Positions 48,978-58,627 of a stretch of DNA of 64,000 bases are shown piece by piece (position 1 is the stretch's first letter; the number at the start of each line of letters is the position of its first letter). The stretch covers positions 10,231-74,230 of the forward strand of contig JBILUS010000013.1 of assembly GCA_044370835.1 (NCBI GenBank), in the 5' to 3' direction. A model generated the notes under the pieces. The model was not told the DNA's origin, searched no databases, and saw only the letters and a list, made by a program, of their open reading frames with translations. Source of the DNA: Cyanobium sp. (lineage in GTDB: Bacteria; Cyanobacteriota; Cyanobacteriia; PCC-6307; Cyanobiaceae). The translations under genes and the position numbers were made by a program.

Positions 48978-50111
48978 ATGAAGGAGCGGATCCGTCCCCT
49001 GCTGCAACGCCTGCAGGCCCTGCGCCCGCGCCGCCCGGTCGCCGTGGGGAGCAGGCCGGGCGCCGCCCTGAGCACCACGCTGGCCCGGGCGCTGGCCTGG
49101 CGGCCGGCCCTGCCGGGCGGCCTGCGCCCCTGGATCACCCTGGCCAGCCTGGGCTTCGTGCTCGCCGCCCTGCTCAGCCATGGCCGCCAGCTGCTGCGGC
49201 TCGGCCTCGATCCCCAGGGCTGGCTGTGGTTGCTGCTGGGGCTGGGCCTGAGTCTGCTCAGCGTGGTGGCCAACGGCCTGGCCTGGCGGGTGCTGCTGGG
49301 CTGGCTGGGCCAGCGGCCCGAGGGGGCAGCGCCGGTGGCCCATTACATGGTGACCAACCTGCGCAAGTTCCTGCCCGGCGGCATCTGGCACCTGGCGGCG
49401 CGGGTGCAGGCCCTGCGGCAGGGCAACGCCGGCCTGGCGACACCGCTGGGCACCTCCACCGCCCTGGTGGCCGTGCTGCTCGATCCCCTGCTGGCCGCCA
49501 CCGCCGCCCTGGCCCTGGCGAGCCTGGGGGGCTGGCAGGGGGGGCTGGGGTTGCTCTGCCTGCTGCCCCTGGGCCTGCTCAATCCCCGCTGGCTCGAGCC
49601 CCTGCTGCAGCGGCTGGAGCGGCGCAAGGCCCGCGACCTGCAGCTTGAGAGTGCCCCGGCCGGGGGCGATGGCCCGCCTGCGGCCAGCCCCGCTGCCCCA
49701 GCACCCCCGCTCACGCCGCCGCGGCTGCCCGGCTACCCCTGGCTGCCGCTGCTGGCGGAGGGGGCCTTCGTGCTGCTGCGCTTCGCCGGCTTCGCCTGTT
49801 GTGTGTGGGCCTTCGACCTGCAGCTCTCGCTCGGCTGGCCCACCTGGCTGGCGGGCTTCAGCCTCGCCTGGACCGTGGGACTCGTGGTGCCCGGGGCCCC
49901 CGGCGGCCTGGGGGTGTTCGAGGCGGTGCTGCTGCTGCGGCTCGGAGGCCTGCTGGGGGCGGCACCCCTGCTGGCCGTGGCCCTGAGCTACCGCCTTGTG
50001 GCCACCCTGGCCGATGTGCTGGGTGCCCTGCTGGCCGACCTCGACAGCCGCCCCGCCCGACCAACCGACAACCGCCCCGCTCCGGGAGACGCTGGCGCCG
50101 CTTCTCAATAG
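48978..50111 (+). CDS. UPF0104 / lysylphosphatidylglycerol-synthase-TM-like membrane protein
   Basis: N..K.LPGGIW, PGAPGGLGVFE, YRL; multiple TMs. Confidence 0.75.
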   Translation: MKERIRPLLQRLQALRPRRPVAVGSRPGAALSTTLARALAWRPALPGGLRPWITLASLGFVLAALLSHGRQLLRLGLDPQGWLWLLLGLGLSLLSVVANGLAWRVLLGWLGQRPEGAAPVAHYMVTNLRKFLPGGIWHLAARVQALRQGNAGLATPLGTSTALVAVLLDPLLAATAALALASLGGWQGGLGLLCLLPLGLLNPRWLEPLLQRLERRKARDLQLESAPAGGDGPPAASPAAPAPPLTPPRLPGYPWLPLLAEGAFVLLRFAGFACCVWAFDLQLSLGWPTWLAGFSLAWTVGLVVPGAPGGLGVFEAVLLLRLGGLLGAAPLLAVALSYRLVATLADVLGALLADLDSRPARPTDNRPAPGDAGAASQ

Positions 50112-50145
50112 CGCCTACTCTTGCGAACAGCCGTGATGAGGGTGG

Positions 50146-50586
50146 TTGGAGGGCCTGCGCAGCAGCCTGCATGAACGGGGCCAGCGCCTCACCCCCCAGC
50201 GGGAGCGGGTGCTGGCCCTGTTCAAGCAGATCGGTGCCGGCCGTCACCTCAGCGCCGAGGACGTGCATCAACGGCTGTGCGGCGGCGATGGGCGGGTCTC
50301 CCTGGCCACGGTGTATCGCAGCCTGCGGCTGCTGAGCTCCCTGGACCTGCTGCAAGAACTGGAGCTCCCCGATGGGGGTCGCCGCTTCGAGCTGGCCGGG
50401 GACGCCCAGCACCGCCACCACCACCACCTGCTCTGCGTCCGCTGCGGCCGCACCGAGGAATTCGAAGACACCGCCGTGCTCACGGCCGGCGCCGCGGCGG
50501 CCGGTGCCCATGGCTTCCGCCTGCTGGAGTGCGTGCTCAACGTGCGGGCCCTGTGCCCCGGCTGCGCTGCCGCCGAAGCGGACTGA
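50146..50586 (+). CDS. fur: Fur-family transcriptional repressor
   Basis: RLTPQR, HLSAEDV, SLATVYR.L, HHHHLLCVRC, CPGC. Confidence 0.9.
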   Translation: MEGLRSSLHERGQRLTPQRERVLALFKQIGAGRHLSAEDVHQRLCGGDGRVSLATVYRSLRLLSSLDLLQELELPDGGRRFELAGDAQHRHHHHLLCVRCGRTEEFEDTAVLTAGAAAAGAHGFRLLECVLNVRALCPGCAAAEAD

Positions 50587-50714
50587 GCCCACCGGCAGGG
50601 ACCGGATTCACGGCACCAACGAGCGGCCAGATTCGGAACAGACTGACAACCAAGAAGCCCCAAGTAGCACCGCTACAGCATCACGCTTCTTGCTGTTCTG
50701 TTGCTGCAGATCCG

Positions 50715-51818
50715 ATGCGAATAGCCCAGATTGCGCCACTTTGGGAAAGTGTTCCACCCCGCCTTTATGGAGGCACAGAAAGGGTTGTCCACTATCTCAC
50801 CGAAGAACTGGTCAAGCGTGGCCACGAGGTGGTGCTGTTCGCCAGCGGCGATTCCCAGAGCAGCGCCGAATTGCGCAGTTGCATCCCCCAGGCCCTGCGC
50901 CTGGCCGCCGACCCCGGCGATCCCCTCAGCCCCAGCCTGATCCAGCTCGCCCAGGTGATCGACCAGGCGGATCAGTTCGACGTCCTCCATTTCCACACCG
51001 GCCCCCTCCATCTGCCCTGCACGGCGCGCCTGGCGGTTCCCTCCCTCACCACCCTGCACGGCCCCCTCACCGGCGCCGACCAGCCGGCCCTCTACGGCCA
51101 CTTCCACCGGGCGCCGCTGGTGTCGATCTCCGAAGCCCAGCGCCGGCCGCTGCCGTCGGCCCCCTGGCTGGGCACCGTCTACCACGGCCTTCCCACCGAC
51201 CTCTACCGCCCCGTGGAGACGGCCGAGCCCTACCTGGCCTTCGTGGGGCGGGTGTCGCCGGAGAAGCGGCTCGACCGGGCCATCGCGATCGCCTCGGCCG
51301 TGGGCCTGCCGCTACGGGTGGCCGCCAAGGTGGACCGCGCCGACCGGGCCTACTGGGAGGGGGTGATCGAACCGCTGGTGCGGGGCAACCCGCTGGTGTC
51401 CTTCATCGGCGAGGTGGATGATGCGGGCAAGCAGGCGTTGCTGGGCGGTGCCCTGGCCCTGCTCTTCCCGATCGACTGGCCGGAACCCTTCGGGCTGGTG
51501 ATGATCGAGGCCAACGCCTGCGGCACCCCCGTGATCGCCTGGCGCCAGGGCTCCACCCCCGAGATCATTCAGAACGGCATCAACGGCTGGCTGGTCAGCT
51601 CGATCGCCGAGGCGGTGGCGGCCGTGGGGGCCTGCGAGGCCCTGGACCGCGCCCGGGTGCGGGCCCATTTCGAGGTGCGCTTCACCGCGGCGCGCCAGGC
51701 CGAGGACTACGAACAGCTCTACCGCCTGCTGATCGAGCGCCGCCCGGCCGGCGAGGGCGGCAGCGACCCCGACAACGGCGAATCCCAGGCCGTCGCGCCC
51801 CTGCTCCATGCGGCATGA
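50715..51818 (+). CDS. Glycosyltransferase family 4
   Basis: MRIAQIAP..E.VPP..YGGTERVV, GR..PEK, W.EPFGLVMIEA.ACGTPV. Confidence 0.92.
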   Translation: MRIAQIAPLWESVPPRLYGGTERVVHYLTEELVKRGHEVVLFASGDSQSSAELRSCIPQALRLAADPGDPLSPSLIQLAQVIDQADQFDVLHFHTGPLHLPCTARLAVPSLTTLHGPLTGADQPALYGHFHRAPLVSISEAQRRPLPSAPWLGTVYHGLPTDLYRPVETAEPYLAFVGRVSPEKRLDRAIAIASAVGLPLRVAAKVDRADRAYWEGVIEPLVRGNPLVSFIGEVDDAGKQALLGGALALLFPIDWPEPFGLVMIEANACGTPVIAWRQGSTPEIIQNGINGWLVSSIAEAVAAVGACEALDRARVRAHFEVRFTAARQAEDYEQLYRLLIERRPAGEGGSDPDNGESQAVAPLLHAA

Positions 51819-53943
51819 CCAGCTGCCTCCGTTCGTGCTCAAGGACGGAGAGACCTTCGCGATGCTCGACAGCCGCGGCGAAATCGACCCCGGCACCCAC
51901 CCCGATTCGGGTGTCTTCCACCGCGGCACCCGCCATGTGAGCCGGCTGCAGCTGCTGCTCTGGGACCGGCCGCCCACGGTGCTGAGCTCCACCGAACGGG
52001 GGGAGATCGGCCTGCATGTGAGCCACCTCAGCAACGAGAACGCCGGCGGCACAGCCCCCTCCAGCGGCTCGGTGCACCTGGAGCGGAGCACCCTGGTGAC
52101 GGCCACCAGCTGCCTGCAGCAGCTCAGCTTCACCAGCTTCGAGCCCCTGCCGCTGCGGATGCCGCTCAGCCTCCGCTTCGACGGCGACTTCCGCGACATC
52201 TTCGAGGTGCGGGGCATGGTGCGGCCGGCCCGGGGCGAACGGCACCGCCGCGGCCAGGCCGATGGGCTGGTGCTGGAGTACACGGGCCTCGATGGCGAGG
52301 GGCGCCGTACCGGACTGCGGCTCGGCCTGCCCCTCAGCGAGCGGGGGGAGGGGCACGTGGGCCTCTGCCTCGATCTCGAACCGCGGGTGACCCGGCGCCT
52401 CTGCCTGGCGATGGACTTCGGCGGCGCCGCTCCCGGAGAGGCCATCGAACGGCAGACGCCGGAGGCCGGCTTCGATGCGGCCCTCGCCCTCACGATCGAG
52501 CGCTTCCGGGAAGCCCGCCGGCTGGCGGCCGGGGTGACCACCGACAACCCCGCCCTCAACCAGTGGCTGGGGCGCTCCTACTCCGATGTGCACCTGCTCT
52601 CCAGCCGCCTGGAGCACGGCCCCTATCCCTATGCCGGGGTGCCCTGGTTCAGCTGTCCCTTCGGCCGGGACGGGCTGATCACCGCTCGCCAGCTGCTGCT
52701 GGTGGAGCCCCGGCTGGCCAAGGGGGTGCTGGGGTTCCTGGCGGAGCACCAGGCCCACCACAGCGATGCCGCCAGTGATGCGGAACCGGGCAAGGTGCTG
52801 CACGAGGCCCGGCTGGGGGAGATGGCCTCGCTGGGGGAGGTGCCCTTCCGCCAGTACTACGGCACGGTGGATGCCACGCCCCTGTTCGTGATGCTGGCGG
52901 GGGATTACCTCAGCCGCAGCGCCGACCATCCCTTCATCGTGGGGCTGCTGCCGGCCCTGGAGGCGGCGATGGCCTGGATCAGCGCGGCCGAAGCCCGCAG
53001 CGCCGATGGCTTTCTGCGCTACCTCTGCGCCGCCCAGGGGGGCCTGCGCAACCAGGGCTGGAAGGATTCCGACGACGCCGTGCACCACGCCGACGGTCGC
53101 CTGGCGGAGGGGTCGATCGCCCTGTGCGAGGTGCAGGCCTACGTGTACGGCGCGCGGCGAGCCATGGCCGCGATCCTGGAGCGGGTGGGCCGGTCCGGCG
53201 AGGCCGCCCAGCAGCTGGAGCAGGCGGACGCGCTGCGCCAACGCTTCCACCAGGCCTTCTGGTGCGAAGCGATCGGCACCTATGCCCTCGCCCTCGACGG
53301 CGAGGGGCGGGCCTGCGCGGTGCGCACCTCCAACGCCGGCCACTGCCTGCTCACCGGCATCGCCCCGGCCGGCGCGGCGGCGTCGGTGGCGCGGCAGCTG
53401 CTGGCCCCCAGCAGCTTCAACGGCTGGGGGGTGCGCACCCTCGATGAACGGGAGACGCGCTACAACCCGATGAGCTACCACAACGGCTCGGTCTGGCCCC
53501 ATGACAACGCCCTGATCGGCCTGGGCCTGGCCCGCTACGGCCTCACGGCGGAGGCGATGCGGATCTTCACGGGCCTGTTCGATACCGCCCGGGCCATGCC
53601 GATGGTGCGGCTGCCGGAACTGTTCTGCGGATTCCAGCGCCGCGACGACGAGGGCCCCACCCACTACCCGGTGGCCTGCAGCCCCCAGGCCTGGGCCAGC
53701 GGCAGTGTGTTTGGTCTGCTGGAGGCGATGACCGGCATGGCGATCGGCACCGACCCGGCCACCAACCGGGTGCAGGTGCGCTTCCACAAACCGGTGCTGC
53801 CCCGTCCGATCAACCTGCTCGAGATCAACGGACTGCGGCTGGGGGAGGAGGAGATCGACCTCCAACTGCACCGCAGCGACCACGACGTGGGGGTCCTGGT
53901 GCGGCGCCGCAGCCCGGGGGTGGATGTGGTGATCCTCAAGTGA
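51808..53943 (+). CDS. Amylo-alpha-1,6-glucosidase-like (GDE N-terminal + (alpha/alpha)6 barrel) glycoside hydrolase
   Basis: AGVPWF..FGRD, EPGK.LHE.R, YYG.VDATPL, NQGWKDS, EVQ.Y, YHNGSVWPHDN, RLPELFCG, PQAW. Confidence 0.9.
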   Translation: MRHDQLPPFVLKDGETFAMLDSRGEIDPGTHPDSGVFHRGTRHVSRLQLLLWDRPPTVLSSTERGEIGLHVSHLSNENAGGTAPSSGSVHLERSTLVTATSCLQQLSFTSFEPLPLRMPLSLRFDGDFRDIFEVRGMVRPARGERHRRGQADGLVLEYTGLDGEGRRTGLRLGLPLSERGEGHVGLCLDLEPRVTRRLCLAMDFGGAAPGEAIERQTPEAGFDAALALTIERFREARRLAAGVTTDNPALNQWLGRSYSDVHLLSSRLEHGPYPYAGVPWFSCPFGRDGLITARQLLLVEPRLAKGVLGFLAEHQAHHSDAASDAEPGKVLHEARLGEMASLGEVPFRQYYGTVDATPLFVMLAGDYLSRSADHPFIVGLLPALEAAMAWISAAEARSADGFLRYLCAAQGGLRNQGWKDSDDAVHHADGRLAEGSIALCEVQAYVYGARRAMAAILERVGRSGEAAQQLEQADALRQRFHQAFWCEAIGTYALALDGEGRACAVRTSNAGHCLLTGIAPAGAAASVARQLLAPSSFNGWGVRTLDERETRYNPMSYHNGSVWPHDNALIGLGLARYGLTAEAMRIFTGLFDTARAMPMVRLPELFCGFQRRDDEGPTHYPVACSPQAWASGSVFGLLEAMTGMAIGTDPATNRVQVRFHKPVLPRPINLLEINGLRLGEEEIDLQLHRSDHDVGVLVRRRSPGVDVVILK

Positions 53944-54067
53944 GCGGGCACGGGCTAACAGCGTTTAATCAGAGGGCCATCGCAGCGGTGAGATGGCATT
54001 TGGGTAGCCGGAACGACATCTGAACCTGGACCAGGGCTGGAACAATCCCAGCAACCGATGATGCACA

Positions 54068-54103
54068 TCTGCATCAAAAAGATGCAGAACATTTGCGAAT
54101 GTT
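54068..54103. promoter_or_regulatory. Two abutting inverted repeats (TCTGCATC-N5-GATGCAGA; AACATT-N4-AATGTT)
   Basis: Perfect 8-bp and 6-bp arms in an AT-rich intergenic patch; function unknown. Confidence 0.4.
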
Positions 54104-54104
54104 G

Positions 54105-54150
54105 GGCACTTGGCTGTCTTCAGCCTCCGGCACTTGGCTGTCTTCAGCCT
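54105..54150 (+). repeat. Tandem direct repeat: 22-bp GGCACTTGGCTGTCTTCAGCCT twice, 24-bp period
   Basis: Exact copies at 54105-54126 and 54129-54150. Confidence 0.9.
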
Positions 54151-54374
54151 GCCAGCCCTCCGCCTGGCATCAGCCATGGGTGTGTCCTGCTCTCCAGGCC
54201 AGCGACCCACGCCGCTCCCGTTCCGCCAAGGCCAGCCACCGCGGCAATCCTTGCAACCGGAACCGGACTTTGCCCCAGCCCGCTGCCCCCTTGGCCAGCC
54301 CACTTGACCTGGATCATTCGCGTGATGCCACCCCCCTCGGGATCAGCCGACACCACCGCCAGCTAGCCCTCACC

Positions 54375-55250
54375 ATGCGTTCTTCGCGTAGGCCTTCCTA
54401 CCAGGACCCTCCCCTCGGCCACACCCTGGCCCTGATGGGCTGGGGCCTGGTCGGGGTGTTCGTCGCGTCCCTGCTGCCGGCCCTGCTGGGGGCTTCCCCG
54501 CTCAGCCCGGACTGGATGCTGGGGCTCAGCCAGGGGCTGGTGGATCACGGTCTGGTGGCGCTGCTGGGCCTGGCCTTGATTCACCTGAGCGCCTACCTGA
54601 ATCCAGCCGATCGGACAGTCGAGCGCCGCTACCGGCTGGCCGCGCAACTGGCCCTCCCTGCCGCCCTGGGATTCCTGCTGCTGATCCCCCTGCGGGCCGT
54701 GCTGCTGTGGCCTTCCATCCAGGGGCCTGCCAGCCAGCAGGCAAGCTCCGACCAGCAGTTCCGCCGAGAGGTTGCTGTGATCCGCACCCTGCTGGCCCAG
54801 AACCTTCCGTCGCCGCAGCTCAGAACGAAGCTTCTGGAGCGGGTGTCAGGCTTGCGCCAATCGGTCGGCCTGCCCGCTGCCGAGGGAATCGAAACCCTGT
54901 TCGCCGGGCCGAGCGATGCCCTGCGCAGCAACCTGTCCGGGCAGCTGGATGAGATCGAGAAGCGCAAGGACGCCCAGCTCCGTGGTGGGGCCCCAGCGAC
55001 GGCAGGGCAGACCTCTCGGCTGAGCGCCGTCAGCGCCCTGCTGCGCACCCTGCTCACCAGCCTCGCCCTGGCGATCGGGTTCCTGGCCGGCAGCCGGAGG
55101 CGCCACGAAGACCTCTCCCCCCTGCTGATCTGGCAGTTGAACAGGGAGAGGCGGCAGTCCGGTGGCAGAAAGGCCCAACAACCCGGCAGCCGTCAGGCTG
55201 CGAAGCAATTCATCTCCCAACTCACCGAGGAGGACTTGCCAAGCCGCTGA
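54375..55250 (+). CDS. HpsJ-like membrane protein
   Basis: Three N-terminal TMs with P.W....LVD.G..L.GL, helical linker, final TM. Confidence 0.65.
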   Translation: MRSSRRPSYQDPPLGHTLALMGWGLVGVFVASLLPALLGASPLSPDWMLGLSQGLVDHGLVALLGLALIHLSAYLNPADRTVERRYRLAAQLALPAALGFLLLIPLRAVLLWPSIQGPASQQASSDQQFRREVAVIRTLLAQNLPSPQLRTKLLERVSGLRQSVGLPAAEGIETLFAGPSDALRSNLSGQLDEIEKRKDAQLRGGAPATAGQTSRLSAVSALLRTLLTSLALAIGFLAGSRRRHEDLSPLLIWQLNRERRQSGGRKAQQPGSRQAAKQFISQLTEEDLPSR

Positions 55251-55281
55251 GCCAGCCCACCGGATGCTTGTTGCGAACCGC

Positions 55282-55327
55282 TTGCAAAAAGGCAGCGCCA
55301 CTGCTTAGATTGCGAGTCATTCGCAAT
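55282..55327 (+). promoter_or_regulatory. Promoter-like TTGCAA-N18-TAGATT overlapped by a Fur-box-like 9-1-9 palindrome ATTGCGAGT-C-ATTCGCAAT
   Basis: 19-bp inverted repeat with one mismatch (55309-55327), 23 bp before the Crp-family ATG. Confidence 0.6.
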
Positions 55328-55350
55328 AACCGCCCCGTCGCGGCGATCTG

Positions 55351-55950
55351 ATGCAGTTCCGCTTCCTGCCCGACAAGCCCCTGGCCGCCCTGCGCATGCC
55401 CGCCGGCCAGACCGTGCTGCTCGACCCCGCCGCCCGGGCCGAGGGGGCCAGCTGCCTTGAGGTGCTCGAAGGCATCGCTCGGGTGTACTGCCCCTGCGAG
55501 GAGACCGAAGGCATGACCCTGGCCTTCCTGCAGCCGGGCGATCAGCTCCGCACCGACCGCCTCTGCAGCGAGGGCGTCTGCGTGGAGGCGCTCACACCGC
55601 TGGTGTTCCGCAGCGACGCTGAGCCGGTGGCGGGTCACGGCTTCGATCCGGTGAACGAGTGGACCCTGCAGCTGCTGCGCATCCGCCATCTCGGCAGCGC
55701 CGAACAGCGCCTCCATGCCCTGCTGGGCCTGCTGGTGCGGCGCCTGGGCCGCCGCTGCGGCGACTGGTGTGACCTGCCCTTCCGCCTCACCCACGAGCGG
55801 ATCGCCGAGCTGATCGGCACCACGCGGGTCACCACCACCCGGCTGATCTCCCGCATCCGCCGCGAGGAACTGTTGCAGGTGCCCAGCGGCGAGAGCGGCC
55901 TCCGGCTCGCCCCGGCCCTGGTGGAATCGGCGCCCCTGGCGGTGGCCTGA
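55351..55950 (+). CDS. Crp/Fnr-family transcriptional regulator
   Basis: LAFLQPGD beta-barrel, RL..LL, LTHERIAELIGTTRVTTTR HTH; 7 Cys. Confidence 0.88.
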   Translation: MQFRFLPDKPLAALRMPAGQTVLLDPAARAEGASCLEVLEGIARVYCPCEETEGMTLAFLQPGDQLRTDRLCSEGVCVEALTPLVFRSDAEPVAGHGFDPVNEWTLQLLRIRHLGSAEQRLHALLGLLVRRLGRRCGDWCDLPFRLTHERIAELIGTTRVTTTRLISRIRREELLQVPSGESGLRLAPALVESAPLAVA

Positions 55951-55961
55951 GCCTCGGCCGA

Positions 55962-57545
55962 TCAACGCCCCGGGGAGGCTGATCCGCGCCTCTCCAGCTG
56001 GGGCACCAGGGCCAGGGAAGCGACCAGCCCCAGAGCCAGGATCAAGGCGGCGGGAATCAGGGCCGCCCCGAGGCGTTCATCGCTGGCGTACTGGTAGACC
56101 CGCACCGAGAGGGTGTCGAAATCGAAGGGGCGCAGGGCGAAGCTGAGCGGCAGTTCCTTCACCACATCCACGAACACCAGCAGGGCCCCCACCACCAGCG
56201 GCCCCCGCAGCAGCGGCAGATGAACGCGGCGCAGCACGGCCCACCAGCTGCAGCCCAGGGCGGTGGCGGCCTCATCGAGGCTGGGGGGGAGCCGTTCAAG
56301 GGCCGCATCCAAGCCCTGGCGGGAAACAGCCAGGAAGCGATCGGTGTAGCCCCACAGCAGCAGCGCCAGGGGCGCAACCCCCAGAGGAGCACCGAGCAGC
56401 AGCAGGGCCAGGGCCAGCACCGCTCCGGGCACCGCATAGCCCATGCCCGCCAGAAAGGCGAGCCGCCCGAGCCAGGGGCCTGCAAACCAGCGGCGGCCGA
56501 GCGCCAGCACCAGGGCCGTCACCGCGGTGAGTCCCACGGCCGCCAGGGCCAGGCCGAAACTGCGCAGCCCCAGGGCGGCCAGGTCGGCGCCCTCGCTGAG
56601 CTGGAGCTGATCGCGGCTCTGAACCATCCAGAGCAGGGGCAGCCCGAGGCTGAACAGCGGCGGCAGCAGGGTGAGCAGCTGGGCCAGGCGGGCGCGCCAA
56701 CCATCCAGGAGCCAGGGGCTGGCCGCTTCGGCATCACCGCCGGCCAGCCAGCGGCGGCTGCGGCGGCGCAGCTGGCGTTCGCAGGCCACCAGCAGGCTCA
56801 CCAGGGCCAGGCTGATCAGGGCCAGGCCCACGGCACCGCGCGGATCACCCTCGCTCTGCCAGCGCTGCAGGATCGTGCCCGAGAGCGTGGGAACACCCAG
56901 CAGCTCCACCGCCCCCAGTTCATTCACCACCTCCATGCCGGCCAGGGCCACGCCGGCGCCGATGGCGGGGGCGGCCATCGGCAAGGCCACGCGGCGGAAG
57001 CCGCCCCAGGGGCCCACCCCGAGGCTGCGGCAGGCCTCCAGCTGGCGCTGGCCGCCGGCGCTGAAGCTCTCGGTGGCCAGCAGAAACACGTAGCTGTAGG
57101 TGCCCAGCACCAGCACCGCTGCAGCCCAGAGATCCCCGTGCAGGCGCAGGCCGAGGCGGCTGCCGCTGTCGATCAGGGTGGCGGCCAGCAGATACGGGGG
57201 GGCCGCCAGGGGCAGCAGCTGGGCGATGCGAAGCAGACGGCGACCCGGGAAGCTGCAGGCGGCCGTGAGCCAGCCGGTGGCGGTGCCGAGCACGGCGCCG
57301 CCCAGCCCCACCAGCAGCACCAGGCCCAGGGTGTGGAGCAGGGCTTCGGCGCCTTCCGTGCCCAGCAACGAGCCTGCTTCGCCCGATTCCCTGACGGCGC
57401 CGGCTTGGCCACCCAGCAGGGCATAGGGGGCCAAGCCCAGGATGGGCAGGAGGGCCAGGGCAGCCACCAGCAGCAACAGGAGCAGCAGGGGCCATCGGGC
57501 CGAGGCCAGGGCCGAGCCTCTCCCCGGCCACGCGGTCACGGCCAT
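55962..57545 (-). CDS. futB: Fe(III) ABC transporter permease (FutB/FbpB)
   Basis: F.G.R.L....LLPLA.PPY, EACRSLG, LDEAA..LG, KELP..L.PF.F.TL. Confidence 0.9.
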   Translation of the reverse strand: MAVTAWPGRGSALASARWPLLLLLLLVAALALLPILGLAPYALLGGQAGAVRESGEAGSLLGTEGAEALLHTLGLVLLVGLGGAVLGTATGWLTAACSFPGRRLLRIAQLLPLAAPPYLLAATLIDSGSRLGLRLHGDLWAAAVLVLGTYSYVFLLATESFSAGGQRQLEACRSLGVGPWGGFRRVALPMAAPAIGAGVALAGMEVVNELGAVELLGVPTLSGTILQRWQSEGDPRGAVGLALISLALVSLLVACERQLRRRSRRWLAGGDAEAASPWLLDGWRARLAQLLTLLPPLFSLGLPLLWMVQSRDQLQLSEGADLAALGLRSFGLALAAVGLTAVTALVLALGRRWFAGPWLGRLAFLAGMGYAVPGAVLALALLLLGAPLGVAPLALLLWGYTDRFLAVSRQGLDAALERLPPSLDEAATALGCSWWAVLRRVHLPLLRGPLVVGALLVFVDVVKELPLSFALRPFDFDTLSVRVYQYASDERLGAALIPAALILALGLVASLALVPQLERRGSASPGR

Positions 57546-58627
57546 CCGGCCGCCCGCATCAGCTGCACGGCCTCGCCGTTACGAGCACCGAGCTGCTCGA
57601 TCGGCACGCCATCGCCGCGCACGGGCCCGAAGCCCTGCAGCAGCGGATCGGTGCCGCTGCCCACCAGGGGGTATTCGTGGTTGGCCTGGGCGTAACCCAC
57701 CCCGCCGCCCTGCGGCGAGGCCAGGAACTCCAGCAGCTGGCGCGCCGCCTGCGGATGGCGCGAATGGCGGGTCACACCGGCCCCGCTCACGTTGATGTGG
57801 GCCGGATCGGGCACCACCACCTTCACGCCCTGCAGCAGGGCCTTGTCCTCAGCGCCGCCGTCGCCGGAGAGCAGGCGGGCCACGTAGTAGCTGTTCACCA
57901 CGCCCACGCCGCAGTCCCCGCGGGCCACGGCCCGAGCCAGGGGGATGTCGGATGTGAAGAAGGGGGGCTTGAGGTTGGCGATCAGGCCGCCCAGCCAGCG
58001 GCGGGTTTCAGCCTCACCCCGCAGGATCAGCTGGTCGGCCACCAGCGACTGGTTGTAGACACTGCGGCCATTGCGCAGGCAGAGGCGGCCCTTCAGCTCG
58101 GGGCGGGCCAGGTCGGCATAGGTGCGGATCAGGGCGGGATCGACCTGCTTCGGATTCACCACCACCGCCCGCACCCGCCGGGTGAGGGCGCTCCAGCGGC
58201 CGGCCGAATCGCGCAGTTCGGGGGGCACCTCCCGGCGGATGGCCTCGGAGTTCACCGGCTGGAACAGGCCCTGGTCGGCGGCCCGCACCAACCGGGCCGC
58301 ATCCACCAGCACCAGCAGGTCGGCGGGCGTTCGGGCCCCTTCGGTGCGCACCCGCTCGATCAGGGCGTCATCCTTGCCCTCCAGCAGCTTCACCTGGATG
58401 CCGGTCTGCTCGGTGAAGCGCCGGTAGAGGGCCTGATCGGAGTTGTAGTGCCGGCCGGAATACACCCCCAGGGTGACCGGTCCGGTGGAGGGGGCAGGCG
58501 CCTGGCGGCAGCCGCCAAGCAGGGCGATCAGGCCCAGCCCCAAGGCCCAGCGGCGGCGGGGGACGGGGCGACGCGGGGCCCCGGGAGCGGGATCAGCGGG
58601 AGGTCGGCGGCGAGACAGGGCAGGCAT
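57536..58627 (-). CDS. futA: Fe(III) ABC transporter substrate-binding protein (FutA/IdiA)
   Basis: YSGRHY, ADL..VDAARL, YNQSL, NSYY, HINVSG, N.EYP. Confidence 0.92.
   Translation of the reverse strand: MPALSRRRPPADPAPGAPRRPVPRRRWALGLGLIALLGGCRQAPAPSTGPVTLGVYSGRHYNSDQALYRRFTEQTGIQVKLLEGKDDALIERVRTEGARTPADLLVLVDAARLVRAADQGLFQPVNSEAIRREVPPELRDSAGRWSALTRRVRAVVVNPKQVDPALIRTYADLARPELKGRLCLRNGRSVYNQSLVADQLILRGEAETRRWLGGLIANLKPPFFTSDIPLARAVARGDCGVGVVNSYYVARLLSGDGGAEDKALLQGVKVVVPDPAHINVSGAGVTRHSRHPQAARQLLEFLASPQGGGVGYAQANHEYPLVGSGTDPLLQGFGPVRGDGVPIEQLGARNGEAVQLMRAAGWP

Noticed and set aside
54105-54150. CRISPR array
   Set aside because: Only two units with a 2-bp spacer and no cas genes
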